A stretch of DNA of 64,000 nucleotides from Gammaproteobacteria bacterium (GTDB taxonomy: Bacteria > Pseudomonadota > Gammaproteobacteria > JAADGQ01). Shown in pieces: positions 9,052-18,330 of this stretch. The notes under the pieces were generated by a model. It was not told the DNA's origin, did not search any database, and saw only the letters and a list, made by a program, of their open reading frames with translations. Both the position numbers and the translations under genes were made by a program. The first letter of the stretch is position 1. The number at the start of each line of letters is the position of its first letter. Where the stretch lies: positions 57,441 to 121,440 of the forward strand of contig WFXF01000087.1 in the NCBI GenBank assembly GCA_015490755.1, given 5' to 3'.

Positions 9052-12000
9052 TTAAAAAGCCTGCTGGCTTTGGGGGTAGTGTTCCAAGGCAGAAAAAAAG
9101 CGTTTTTCCAACTGTTTATTAGATTTATACTCCACAAAACCTGTCGAATACCAACTATTTTCAATTTCTTCCAGTGTAGTTTTATTGTCCTTTTTCTCAC
9201 TGCTTTTCATCTCATCAGCCATAATAGCGACTTGGTACTGCATTCGTGCCTGCTTCGCTTCATCAGGTGATTCAACTCCAGCCAAAATTTCCAAACGCAA
9301 ACACAACTCCTCTTTAACCAGCTTATTTGATTGATTATAAGCATTAATTTCAGCAGCAATATCCTCACCATTCTGGTACATTTCAAGGTAGGACATCGTG
9401 TTTTTATAACGCTTCACAATAGCAGTATTAATAGGCGAACTCTGGCTTTCAGTTTCATTCCATTGCCTGTCAATAACTAATATTTTATCAAGTAAATCTG
9501 CCTTTTCGATATTGGTACTCACAACTTCACCCAATAGCTCTTCAAGGTCATTGCATATTTTATGTTTTAATTTTAATTGCTTTTTCTGCTCTTGATACTG
9601 TTTGTTAATATGATTTTTATAGTTTGTTTCAAATTTCTGACATACATCCTCAAAACGTTGAATTGATATCTTAAGATTATTTTTGGGGATATCTCCTATC
9701 TGTTTCCACTTTCCTTTCAGCTCTTTGAATTTCTCGTAGTTTGTTTTGATAGATTCAACATTAGAGTTTACTAACGACTCTATTTCATCACATAAAACTT
9801 CTTTTGCCGTTAAATTATTGAGCTGTTCTTGGTTAATTTCACTATTTTTTGCATCACGACGAGCAAAAAGATCATCACAAATAACTCGTAATTTCTTCCA
9901 CAGCTCTCGATCATCCAGTGCATGCCCTACACATTTCCACTCTGATTGAATTATTTTGATTTTTGAAATAGCTTGTTGAATATCAAGTTTTTCCTCATTC
10001 AGCTCTGCCAAAATCTCTTCAGATTGTTTAATCAACTCTAATTTTTTATTTTTATTTTCCAGTCGATTAGCTTTTGCAGTATTGCGCAACTGATTCATGA
10101 CCTTACGGAAACGACCATTAATCACTTTAAGATATTTACGATCAACAAAGCCCGTTTCACGCCACTCTTTTTGCGCTGTTCGTATGATTTTTTCTGCGGC
10201 AATCCAATCAACATCACCTTGCTCAATCTGGACAGCTTGTAGATCAGCATATTTCTCCAGCCCGTCACAAATGGCCTCTTTCTGTCTTAAGTTTTGTTGG
10301 CGTTGTTGTGATTGAATATCAAAATAATTTTTGCAAGGTTCATAAGCACGACTACAAGCATCATTAAAACGCTCCCAGATTTTTTTATCATCACTTGCTC
10401 CTGTTGTTTTCCACTCATCACGGGCAGCCCTTACTAAACGGGCCACTTCGCCTAAGTCATAATCCGAATTTCCCTGATTTCTTTCAACTTCATCAGCAAG
10501 CTGTTCCATCTCTTGGCAAAGACGCTCTTTAACAGGGTGGCTCGACCAATCATGCCAAGACTGAAGCTCATTCAGCTTCACCACATACTTTTGAAAATGG
10601 TGTGTTTTCTTTTGATTAACAAGTGACTTTAAATTCCGCTCTGGTAATTTTGCCAGTTTTTTCCGTCCCTGATTAACTAAAGCAGCAGCATGACGCACCT
10701 CACCCTTATTCAGTGCCACTCCTATCTCATCTACCAATAACTCAAATGCATGAGCATTCTCTTTATACCTAATTTCTTGTTGTTTAAATTTTTCACGAAG
10801 CTCCAACAAACCTTTTGTTACTGACTCTACAAGTGAATTTTCCAGCTTAAAACCCAGTGGCCTTTTCAGGTCATTCCACCGCCTCTCCAAGCCTTCAATT
10901 TTACGAGAATTTAGATGCTGACTACTATTTTCAATTGATATTTTTTCAAGTAAATCCAGCGCCTTATTTTTTGCCTGTATGTAAAGACCAATTTCTTTCG
11001 AATAAATATTTAATTTTTCACAAGCTTGCTCAAAGCGCAAACTGTAGAGCGCAGTATCTTCTGGCACATTGCTTTGTAGCTCTTTCCATTTTATTTTGGT
11101 TGTATCCAAATACTGCTCAATAAGCTTTAAATCATCAAAATCCGGGGACGAATGTTCAGAGTAGTTTGAAACCATAGCTTCCAAAGTTTCGCACAGCTCA
11201 ATAATCACTGCCCGCATAGGTGCATGCTTAGCTTCATACGCAAGCCTTTCAGACTCTTTTTGGCGTTGGGCAAGAAGTTCCCTGGAGTATTCATTACACA
11301 GCTCTGTGAACCTGTCATCTAACTGTTCATTCCATACCCCATAGTTTCCATCATTCCACTCTGCCTCCAATTTATGCCATGTTGAAAGCAGGGCTTCATA
11401 ACGATAATTTGTTTGCTCCCATTGCCGATTGCTTTTATTAGCACGAATTAACAATGAAAGATCTTTTGCACACTGCTTTGCTTCAGACTTAAGACGCTCG
11501 GGTCGCTCTGCTTCTGCAACTAATACAGCAACACGCTCTTTAGCAATCGTACTTATTTTTTTATCTATTGTACGGCTTTTTTTAGCGACTCTAGCCAAGG
11601 TGGAGCGCTGCGTAATTCGTTCTAATGCAGCCATACGTATCGTAGAACTATTATCATTAATAGCTAGGTCGCCAAGAAATGCCTGACGTTCAATACGATC
11701 AAGTGCTGCTTTTTTTAATTCCAGATTATTATTTGACTTGGCAATATGCTCCAACAACTTTTCATCTGTTGTTTGCTGAACGATTTCGAGGCATTCATCC
11801 AGATCAATATTTGACCCCGTCAATAGTTGTTGAAGCCGTTGGCGAGCAATCAACTTTACTCGATCATCATTATCACTATCCACAATTTTTTGTACGATAC
11901 CAAGTGCGCATAATCTTCGAACAGCCAATATTCGCAATTCACTTTCAATATCATTTTGTACAATTTGAGAGTAAATAGCCTGAGACTCTTTTTTCCCTGG

Positions 12001-12084
12001 AATCAATTCAAGAATCGCTTGTTTACGTACCTCAACTTTTTTGTGCTTCCATTTCGGGGTTAAAAATCGGCTAAATATATTCAT
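9052..12084 (-). CDS. DUF349 repeat protein (1010 aa)
   Basis: All-helical, charged protein with repeated units of about 75 aa that contain 'W...W' and 'LW.RF...CD.FF'-type motifs (for example 'KIWERFNDACSRAYEPCKNYF', 'ELWKKLRVICDDLFARRD'). These are characteristic of DUF349. Confidence 0.75.
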   Translation of the reverse strand: MNIFSRFLTPKWKHKKVEVRKQAILELIPGKKESQAIYSQIVQNDIESELRILAVRRLCALGIVQKIVDSDNDDRVKLIARQRLQQLLTGSNIDLDECLEIVQQTTDEKLLEHIAKSNNNLELKKAALDRIERQAFLGDLAINDNSSTIRMAALERITQRSTLARVAKKSRTIDKKISTIAKERVAVLVAEAERPERLKSEAKQCAKDLSLLIRANKSNRQWEQTNYRYEALLSTWHKLEAEWNDGNYGVWNEQLDDRFTELCNEYSRELLAQRQKESERLAYEAKHAPMRAVIIELCETLEAMVSNYSEHSSPDFDDLKLIEQYLDTTKIKWKELQSNVPEDTALYSLRFEQACEKLNIYSKEIGLYIQAKNKALDLLEKISIENSSQHLNSRKIEGLERRWNDLKRPLGFKLENSLVESVTKGLLELREKFKQQEIRYKENAHAFELLVDEIGVALNKGEVRHAAALVNQGRKKLAKLPERNLKSLVNQKKTHHFQKYVVKLNELQSWHDWSSHPVKERLCQEMEQLADEVERNQGNSDYDLGEVARLVRAARDEWKTTGASDDKKIWERFNDACSRAYEPCKNYFDIQSQQRQQNLRQKEAICDGLEKYADLQAVQIEQGDVDWIAAEKIIRTAQKEWRETGFVDRKYLKVINGRFRKVMNQLRNTAKANRLENKNKKLELIKQSEEILAELNEEKLDIQQAISKIKIIQSEWKCVGHALDDRELWKKLRVICDDLFARRDAKNSEINQEQLNNLTAKEVLCDEIESLVNSNVESIKTNYEKFKELKGKWKQIGDIPKNNLKISIQRFEDVCQKFETNYKNHINKQYQEQKKQLKLKHKICNDLEELLGEVVSTNIEKADLLDKILVIDRQWNETESQSSPINTAIVKRYKNTMSYLEMYQNGEDIAAEINAYNQSNKLVKEELCLRLEILAGVESPDEAKQARMQYQVAIMADEMKSSEKKDNKTTLEEIENSWYSTGFVEYKSNKQLEKRFFSALEHYPQSQQAF

Positions 12085-12178
12085 ATATTAATGGTATCGC
12101 ATGTTTATAACGGTGATCTACTTTCTACCAGAATTCGGTAGAATTGCAATAGACTTAGTAAGGGAGTGGTCAAATAAC

Positions 12179-12562
12179 TCAGGAAGAACCATAAAAAATT
12201 ACAAATGCGATAGCATAGTCACCATCATCAGAAATACTGAGCTGTGAATTGCTAATTTTTTTATTCACCATCAGCTGCTTTGCCTGACCATAAAATTGTA
12301 GCAATGGTTTACCATATTGATCATGTGAAACACCGATATGAGATAAAGCAAGCCCATTTCTAAAGCCTGTACCAAATGCTTTTGCTGACGCTTCTTTAAC
12401 GGCAAAGCGTTTAGCTAAAAATCTTGCAGGCAGTATAGCTTGCTCCATATTTGAAAGCTCACAGGGTGTCAGCACACGTTGTGCAAACCTGTCACCAAAA
12501 CGCTTTAATATTTTTTCTATACGCGGAACATAGACAATATCTGTGCCTATTCCATAAATCAC
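12179..12562 (-). CDS. acpS: holo-[acyl-carrier-protein] synthase
   Basis: 127 aa with '[10 protein letters not shown]' at the N-terminus and '[14 protein letters not shown]'. It overlaps pdxJ by 4 bp, the conserved pdxJ-acpS arrangement. Confidence 0.9.
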   Translation of the reverse strand: MIYGIGTDIVYVPRIEKILKRFGDRFAQRVLTPCELSNMEQAILPARFLAKRFAVKEASAKAFGTGFRNGLALSHIGVSHDQYGKPLLQFYGQAKQLMVNKKISNSQLSISDDGDYAIAFVIFYGSS

Positions 12563-13323
12563 AAGCCACGCGCCTGATACATCAACTGTTTCATCTCTTT
12601 AACCGCACGGGAAAGACCTACAAATAAAGCACGAGCAATAATTGCATGACCAATATTTAATTCAACAATACCTGACAATGCTGCAATTTTAGCAACATTA
12701 TGATAGTTCAAACCATGCCCTGCGTTAACTTGCAAGCCAATCTTTTTCCCGTGTTCAACCGCTTTAATAATACGCTCAAGCTCTTGGCGACGTACTTGCG
12801 GATTACTTGCATCGGCAAAGTGGCCGGTATGAATCTCAATCACAGGCGCACCTACATTAGCTGCTGCGTCAATTTGATCGAGATCTGCATCAATGAATAA
12901 CGAGACACGTACACCTGCTTCCTGCAGTCTGCTGCAAGCATCAGCGATACGTGATGTTTGTCCTGATACATCCAAACCACCTTCTGTAGTGAGCTCCTCG
13001 CGACTCTCGGGAACCAGGCAACAATCTTCAGGTTGAATATGCTCAGCAATGGCAAGCATCTCATCAGTTACCGCCATTTCAAGGTTCATACGTGTCTGCA
13101 AGATTTCTTTAAAAATTTCTACATCACGCTCCTGGATATGGCGACGATCTTCACGCAAGTGCAGAGTAATAACATCTGCCCCAGCTTGCTCTGACTCTAT
13201 CGCAGCCTGAACAGGGTCCGGATATCGAGTCCCCCGGGCTTCACGAAGTGTTGCAACATGATCAATATTAACACCCAACAAAATAGGCAATACTACATTC
13301 ACACAAAATTCCCCGCTATTCAA
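12559..13323 (-). CDS. pdxJ: pyridoxine 5'-phosphate synthase
   Basis: '[16 protein letters not shown]', '[12 protein letters not shown]' and 'EIHTG' motifs. The true start is probably the GTG at 13302, preceded by GGGGAA, rather than the TTG at 13323. Confidence 0.9.
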   Translation of the reverse strand: MNSGEFCVNVVLPILLGVNIDHVATLREARGTRYPDPVQAAIESEQAGADVITLHLREDRRHIQERDVEIFKEILQTRMNLEMAVTDEMLAIAEHIQPEDCCLVPESREELTTEGGLDVSGQTSRIADACSRLQEAGVRVSLFIDADLDQIDAAANVGAPVIEIHTGHFADASNPQVRRQELERIIKAVEHGKKIGLQVNAGHGLNYHNVAKIAALSGIVELNIGHAIIARALFVGLSRAVKEMKQLMYQARGL

Positions 13324-14066
13324 TCAATGAGCGTATCAATCACATCAATCATAAACTCAATCTCTTCCTGCTCAATCTTTTCCCAACATTTAAAGCCAAG
13401 GTCTTGTAATACACCCCCTCCTTTCGAATGGTCCGGCATTGATAGTAACGCATCCTGAATCTCTTCAGCTTTGTGAGCCAAATTCGGCCCTACAAGCAAT
13501 GAATGGTGCAATACTCCAATCTTGCTTCGCATCAACACCCGTAATTTCTTCTGTGTTAACCCAGAAAAGCTATCAAAAACATCCTCTAGAAAGAAACCGA
13601 CATCAGCACTATCTTGTAACAAAGATTTAGCAACAGCTGTATAACTTTTATATTGGCATAACCGAATATTATCAGAGTTCAGATTTGCAGGCTCCAGCAA
13701 AGTCATGCAGATCATGTGGATATCCTGTTCATAAGTTGAAGCAAGTTTAGTTTCCGCTGATAGGTTTTCTATTGTTTGAATATCACTATCGGCAGTCGTT
13801 ACCATTACTGCTTCAACAAATTTCTGACTTGGCACTGCAATCACTTTAAAACCCAGCTGCCGTACTAATTTAGAGACATAACAGGGATTAATATAAATCA
13901 GATCTACTGTATTGTGAAGCAAAGCCTTATGCTGAGCTGTAAAATCGTTATATAGCTCTAGATGAATATTTTCTCCAAGTTTTTTTTGCAGCCACGTATT
14001 AAAAACAAACCAACTTGGCAAATAGCCCGCATTAATATCCGGACTGATAGTAAAAGTGTAAGACAT
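13320..14066 (-). CDS. PhnD-like (phosphonate/phosphate binding-protein fold) protein without a signal peptide
   Basis: '[47 protein letters not shown]' resembles type-2 periplasmic-binding-fold PhnD-like proteins, but there is no hydrophobic leader. The likely start is the ATG at 14066, preceded by GGGAGG. The ORF track extends to 14093. Confidence 0.5.
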   Translation of the reverse strand: MSYTFTISPDINAGYLPSWFVFNTWLQKKLGENIHLELYNDFTAQHKALLHNTVDLIYINPCYVSKLVRQLGFKVIAVPSQKFVEAVMVTTADSDIQTIENLSAETKLASTYEQDIHMICMTLLEPANLNSDNIRLCQYKSYTAVAKSLLQDSADVGFFLEDVFDSFSGLTQKKLRVLMRSKIGVLHHSLLVGPNLAHKAEEIQDALLSMPDHSKGGGVLQDLGFKCWEKIEQEEIEFMIDVIDTLID

Positions 14067-14123
14067 TGCCCCTCCCATACAACCACAATGCACACTAATG
14101 TAACCTCTGACAATTTATGATAT

Positions 14124-14597
14124 TTAGAGCATTTCAGAGTATAGTTTTATGCACTCCTCAATGCGTTGGCGCGAAGGCTTGCGGCGCACAGAGGTATAGC
14201 CAATGATTACATTATTCCTTATATTTGGTATAACTGTAGCAGAAACCCAGTAATACCCCCCGTCCTTGCGTAAATTTTTCACATAACCATGCCACTTTTT
14301 ACCGGACTTTATTGTATCCCATAAATTTTTAAATGCCGCTTCAGGCATATCCGGGTGGCGCAATATACTATGAGGCTGCCCTATCAACTCCTCCTTGGAG
14401 TAACCTGACATATCTACAAAAGATTGGTTAACATGAGTAATAATCCCGTCAACATCTGTTCTGGACACGATAAGGCACCCATCTGGAAAGGAAGTCTCTA
14501 CATCGTTGACTAAAACACGACAACAACTTCCATCATAATAGGTCAATACAATTTCATGCGAGCCTTTACAAGCTGAAGTTACCTCTTCCAATTTCAA
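14124..14597 (-). CDS. stand-alone Aer-type PAS domain protein (likely FAD-binding redox sensor)
   Basis: 'ITHVNQSFVDMSGYSKEELIGQPHSILRHPDMPEAAFKNLWDTIKSGKKWHGYVKNLRKDGGYYWV' is nearly collinear with the E. coli Aer PAS domain ('ITHANDTFVQVSGYT..ELQGQPHNMVRHPDMPKAAFADMW...'). The start codon is uncertain: the track uses the TTG at 14597. Confidence 0.8.
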   Translation of the reverse strand: MKLEEVTSACKGSHEIVLTYYDGSCCRVLVNDVETSFPDGCLIVSRTDVDGIITHVNQSFVDMSGYSKEELIGQPHSILRHPDMPEAAFKNLWDTIKSGKKWHGYVKNLRKDGGYYWVSATVIPNIRNNVIIGYTSVRRKPSRQRIEECIKLYSEML

Positions 14598-14640
14598 TCC
14601 TTAATCCAGGCTTTGCAAAACCATCGAACAAAAACCAGGT

Positions 14641-14677
14641 AATAAGTACGAAATAACTTAAGCATTTCGTACTTATT
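14641..14677 (-). terminator. 14-bp perfect stem-loop immediately after the roadblock gene stop
   Basis: AATAAGTACGAAAT (14641-14654) pairs with ATTTCGTACTTATT (14664-14677) across a 9-nt loop. On the minus strand a GGTTTTTG run follows a few nt later. It may be an intrinsic terminator or an RNA-stability element between the GTPase operon and the PAS gene. Confidence 0.4.
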
Positions 14678-14678
14678 C

Positions 14679-15059
14679 CTAAAGTAATTTAGTAATATTC
14701 TCAGCAGCTCTTTTCACATCAAGAAAAATCAGGCCTAACCTGGCATTTGGTTTGGCGAGTACAGATAAAACTGCATCTTCCCCCGAATGAGTCATCAAAA
14801 CATAGCCTTGATTACCTTTTATCATGACTTGCTCCAGACTACCACGTGCCAGCTCTTGAGCGGTACGATCACCTAAAGAGAGCATTGCCGCTGACATTGC
14901 TCCAACCCGATCTTCATCCATGCCACTCGGTAATAATGCAGCAATCATTAAACCATCGGTAGAGATGACAGCTGAGGCCTCAATATCGGCAGAAGTTCCA
15001 TTTAAATCGCTGAGAATTGATGAAATCATTTCTTCACGCATTATTTTTATACTCCTCAA
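14679..15059 (-). CDS. roadblock/LC7 (MglB-like) domain protein
   Basis: About 120 aa. 'IEASAVISTDGLMIAALLPSGMDEDRVGAMSAAMLSLGDRTAQEL...GYVLM' is the canonical roadblock/LC7 pattern. Confidence 0.8.
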   Translation of the reverse strand: MRSIKIMREEMISSILSDLNGTSADIEASAVISTDGLMIAALLPSGMDEDRVGAMSAAMLSLGDRTAQELARGSLEQVMIKGNQGYVLMTHSGEDAVLSVLAKPNARLGLIFLDVKRAAENITKLL

Positions 15060-15080
15060 ACCATTCCTGTGTTGTAAAAA

Positions 15081-15731
15081 TTATTCTGAACCTACTTGTG
15101 CATAGCGTCGCCCCAGCAACCAAACTAAATCAACAAAAGAAGATTGATTTAAATTGGGCAAACCAGATAAAACTAACACAAAGCGACTTGAGCCAATATA
15201 AATAGGCCAAAACCCTAACTGACTATTGCCTGCGGCATCAACCAAACCCCACGCAGACATTGTAATACTTAGATTATTTTTCAATAACCCATTGTGGCGT
15301 TCATGTAATTTGGCTAAATCGGCACTGAGCGCTGAGACTTCTTCAGCAGCTTCATGAGGGAAACCATGTGTTGCAAGATAAAAACCTTCACTATCAGCGA
15401 GCAGTGCTTTGCCATTTATGGTGAGTGCCTCTAATAATTGAGGCACCTCTTCTTCGAGGGTACCGGAAGGAGCGTCCCTGGAGACCACACTACCTTGAAT
15501 CCAACCCAGATTTTGCATTCGATAAATAAGGTCCAATACATCATCTCCACTTTCATCAAATCCCCATGAGCGTAATTTATCCAAAGCAAAAGGCTGGGTG
15601 TTTCTTTGAATTAGCAGGTGAAATAATAACTTGCGCGCTACATCATCTGTCTGACTGGAAACAGCATAATATGCGCCGGCTGGAGTGGGCGTAATAAATC
15701 GATTGTCTACTATTTGGTAGCTTGACATCAT
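15081..15731 (-). CDS. hypothetical protein; C-terminal half resembles a divergent roadblock/longin-type domain
   Basis: 216 aa. 'LLEALTINGKALLADSEGFYLATHGFPHEAAEEVSALSADLAKL' mirrors the roadblock pattern of the neighbouring gene. The N-terminal region ('VLDLIYRMQNLGWIQ') could be a winged helix. The start overlaps the GTPase stop by 4 bp. Confidence 0.4.
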   Translation of the reverse strand: MMSSYQIVDNRFITPTPAGAYYAVSSQTDDVARKLLFHLLIQRNTQPFALDKLRSWGFDESGDDVLDLIYRMQNLGWIQGSVVSRDAPSGTLEEEVPQLLEALTINGKALLADSEGFYLATHGFPHEAAEEVSALSADLAKLHERHNGLLKNNLSITMSAWGLVDAAGNSQLGFWPIYIGSSRFVLVLSGLPNLNQSSFVDLVWLLGRRYAQVGSE

Positions 15732-16264
15732 CCACCCAATCCAGGATCAAGTGAATAAAGCAGCGCCTGCACCATGATTGAAACATCATCGCGTTGACGT
15801 GCATCAACAGAAAATACGGGCACTTTTAAATTTATTTTTTGCAATTGGGTATGATAATCGTCAATACGTGGATGTGATGCCAAATCCATCCTTGTCACAC
15901 CAATGACGACTTTTGTCCGGTCAATAAAATCTTTAAATGAACTCATAAAGAAATGCAAGTCCTGAAAAGGGTCGGTGCGTGTATTATCGAGCAACATAAC
16001 CAAGCCTAAACCGCCTTCACTGAGAATGTCCCACATAAAGTTGAATCGCTCTTGACCGGGCGTACCATAAAGGTGAATACGTTCATCACCGTCAAGCTTC
16101 ATCACTCCATAGTCCATCGCAACTGTTGTAGTTGGCTTCAAATCTTTTGTCATATCGCTGGCCTGCTCATCCGTCGTAACAGGAGGAACATCACTCAATG
16201 CTGCAATTGCTGTACTTTTACCCGCACCTACTGGGCCCGTGAATATAATCTTATAATTGCTCAT
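15728..16264 (-). CDS. small Ras-superfamily GTPase of the MglA/CvnD (COG2229-like) type
   Basis: 178 aa. G1 is 'GPVGAGKST', the G2 region is 'TTVAMDYG' and G3 is 'YGTPGQERF'. G4 is atypical ('GVTRMD' rather than NKxD). G5-like is 'SVDA'. Confidence 0.8.
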   Translation of the reverse strand: MSNYKIIFTGPVGAGKSTAIAALSDVPPVTTDEQASDMTKDLKPTTTVAMDYGVMKLDGDERIHLYGTPGQERFNFMWDILSEGGLGLVMLLDNTRTDPFQDLHFFMSSFKDFIDRTKVVIGVTRMDLASHPRIDDYHTQLQKINLKVPVFSVDARQRDDVSIMVQALLYSLDPGLGG

Positions 16265-16328
16265 CTGATACCTAAAAAGTATTTTTTTACCATCATGCTG
16301 GATGATATTTTTATCAATCTTCAGTTAT

Positions 16329-17498
16329 TCAAGCCGACCTTTTAATGTGACTCAAAATTCGCTTGAATAAACCACGGTGTTGATGCTTTTTAACAGGAAC
16401 AGGTTTTGACATCTTGCCTTCTACAGGACGCACAGCAGTATCTAGCAAACCAATAGCATGAGCAGCTGTATAAAAAGAAAAAACATGCTGAACAGGGACT
16501 TTAAGAACTTTTGCGACCAATAAAGGCGGATGTGGCATATCATTCCATAAGGATGCTATGCGCAAGGCATCCGGCATCATCATTAAACGTGTAAAGTTTG
16601 GCCATTGTTTTAAAGATGTGGGAGCTTTTACCTGAGTGCCTATTGGTACCCGACCATTTGATGTCCAGATCGCAATTTTCCATATAAAAGACTCCAGAGA
16701 TTGCTTTCGGGAACCTGCATCTATATCATCTGACTTTATGTGTGTAAATGGGCGAATATTGACAGCCTTGTCCAATTTAACAGAACACAAAGATTTAAGC
16801 TCATCATCTGTCATACAAGTAACAACTTCTGAACTTTGCGGCAACAAGGTAATGGGTTTAACCCCCCCCGCCAATTGATCTTCAATTCTGACTGGCTTGT
16901 TACTGGAGACTGCTCGACTACGTGCTTGAAGCAAATACCCTAAAAGCAGGTCAGAAGCATCAAAATAAGCTGATTTACCTCTGTTATTTCCAAAAAACTC
17001 ATCATCTTTGGTGATATTATTTCTTTCAACGGTTTCCAGTATTTTTGTTGCTGCACGTGTCCCCGTTGTTTTTTTTGCTGCTCTTACTTCTTTTCTGGCT
17101 TTTATTTCAGGTAAAGCTGGTGGGGTCACACTGGCACTTTCAGGAGAGGTTTGAGTACGAAGAGACTCGGTTTTGCTACCCTTCAGGCTGGCAAGCGCAT
17201 CTAGCAATTTATCAATACGCATTGGTTTCTGTACAAAAACAAACTCGGAGTCACCTTGTTGTTTTAGTTCTGGGCACTTTATCGCAATCAGGATGGTAGG
17301 TAATGATGGGTGACGTTCCCGATATTTTATTAATAACTCTTCAGCCCCCAAACTGTCCATATTGATAATTGCAGCCTCAGCCAAAGCTTCTTCAACCAAC
17401 TCATACTGACCATTCCCTGGACCTGAAAAGACCATTCGAAGCATTTCACGCGAACGCTGATCAACGCCAAATGCAACTATTTTAATCGGTGAAGTCAA
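16329..17498 (-). CDS. receiver-like domain protein with a Pro/Ser/Lys-rich linker and an uncharacterised C-terminal domain
   Basis: The N-terminal ~120 aa fit a CheY-like pattern: 'KIVAFGVDQ', 'AAIINMDSLG' (candidate acceptor Asp) and 'FVQKPM' (KP motif). A low-complexity stretch follows ('TQTSPESASVTPPALPEIKARKEVRAAKK'), then an unrecognised domain of about 200 aa. Confidence 0.45.
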   Translation of the reverse strand: MTSPIKIVAFGVDQRSREMLRMVFSGPGNGQYELVEEALAEAAIINMDSLGAEELLIKYRERHPSLPTILIAIKCPELKQQGDSEFVFVQKPMRIDKLLDALASLKGSKTESLRTQTSPESASVTPPALPEIKARKEVRAAKKTTGTRAATKILETVERNNITKDDEFFGNNRGKSAYFDASDLLLGYLLQARSRAVSSNKPVRIEDQLAGGVKPITLLPQSSEVVTCMTDDELKSLCSVKLDKAVNIRPFTHIKSDDIDAGSRKQSLESFIWKIAIWTSNGRVPIGTQVKAPTSLKQWPNFTRLMMMPDALRIASLWNDMPHPPLLVAKVLKVPVQHVFSFYTAAHAIGLLDTAVRPVEGKMSKPVPVKKHQHRGLFKRILSHIKRSA

Positions 17499-18226
17499 TT
17501 TAACACCCCACTTTCCTCAAAAGATACGCTCAAACTTTTCCATTCGTCAATTGCTGCTAATGGTCTACGACCAATTTTAACAAACATTTCGTTAAATGCA
17601 TCTTTGTTCTGTGTATGCTTGTAAATTTCCAACAGCTCTACATTAAGAGCCTCATTACCACGGTCAAGTAACAAGCTTGACTCCAGAAGCTTCCTCCCTT
17701 CATCAATCATTCCGGAATCGACAAGATCCCGAGCTTCGTCCAGTGGCGATCTAATTTCCATATCATCTATTGAGCACTTATACACAAGAGGGCTTGCTCC
17801 TACAAAGCTACCACTTAACATAGAATAAGGTGTATACGGCAATAACTCATCAGAAGTTATACCCCGCTCCAATACACCTAAAAGTCGAGCATAACGTGTC
17901 CGCCCAATAGCCTTGGCGACCATTTTTAACATTCGCTGTCGTATTGCAAAGCCCTTATTCCCCAGCACAATAAACAGATCCAGTAACGCTCCGTAAACTG
18001 CATCCGCATTTCGAAATCTTGAGTAAACAATGATTCGTTGAATATGGCTCTCCAGATCGGCAACCTGTCGAACAATTTTATGTGCCAGATAGTTTGAAAC
18101 TCGAACACCTAATGCTTTGTCACCATCAACGATGTCCAACTTTGAAAGGAAGGCCGGCTCGATTAATGCGCTATCCGCCATATCTCTAACAGGCGTCTCT
18201 TTTTGAATCAACAATACACTATCCAT
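17495..18226 (-). CDS. hypothetical protein (helical, TPR-like C-terminus)
   Basis: 243-aa ORF and first gene of the cluster. Its stop overlaps the next start by 4 bp. No family was recognised. Confidence 0.5.
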   Translation of the reverse strand: MDSVLLIQKETPVRDMADSALIEPAFLSKLDIVDGDKALGVRVSNYLAHKIVRQVADLESHIQRIIVYSRFRNADAVYGALLDLFIVLGNKGFAIRQRMLKMVAKAIGRTRYARLLGVLERGITSDELLPYTPYSMLSGSFVGASPLVYKCSIDDMEIRSPLDEARDLVDSGMIDEGRKLLESSLLLDRGNEALNVELLEIYKHTQNKDAFNEMFVKIGRRPLAAIDEWKSLSVSFEESGVLN

Positions 18227-18330
18227 CGACAGCTATTTTCCATAATTTATGATAACAAAAGCATCATTCCACTTTGCAAAGTCGCTTTTTGCATTATTAT
18301 CGACTCAAGACATTAAAAATATTAATCTTC

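Noticed and set aside
12085-12178. A small hairpin (CTACC-agaattc-GGTAG) lies between acpS and the DUF349 gene and could be a terminator.
   Set aside because: The stem is only 5 bp and neither strand has a following U-run. This is too weak to call.
18227-18330. A possible Fur box (TTGTTATCATAAATTAT on the minus strand) lies between fur and the first gene of the GTPase operon.
   Set aside because: It only partly matches the GATAATGATAATCATTATC consensus and lies in very AT-rich DNA, where such matches arise by chance. This is not strong enough to annotate and is mentioned only as something to test.
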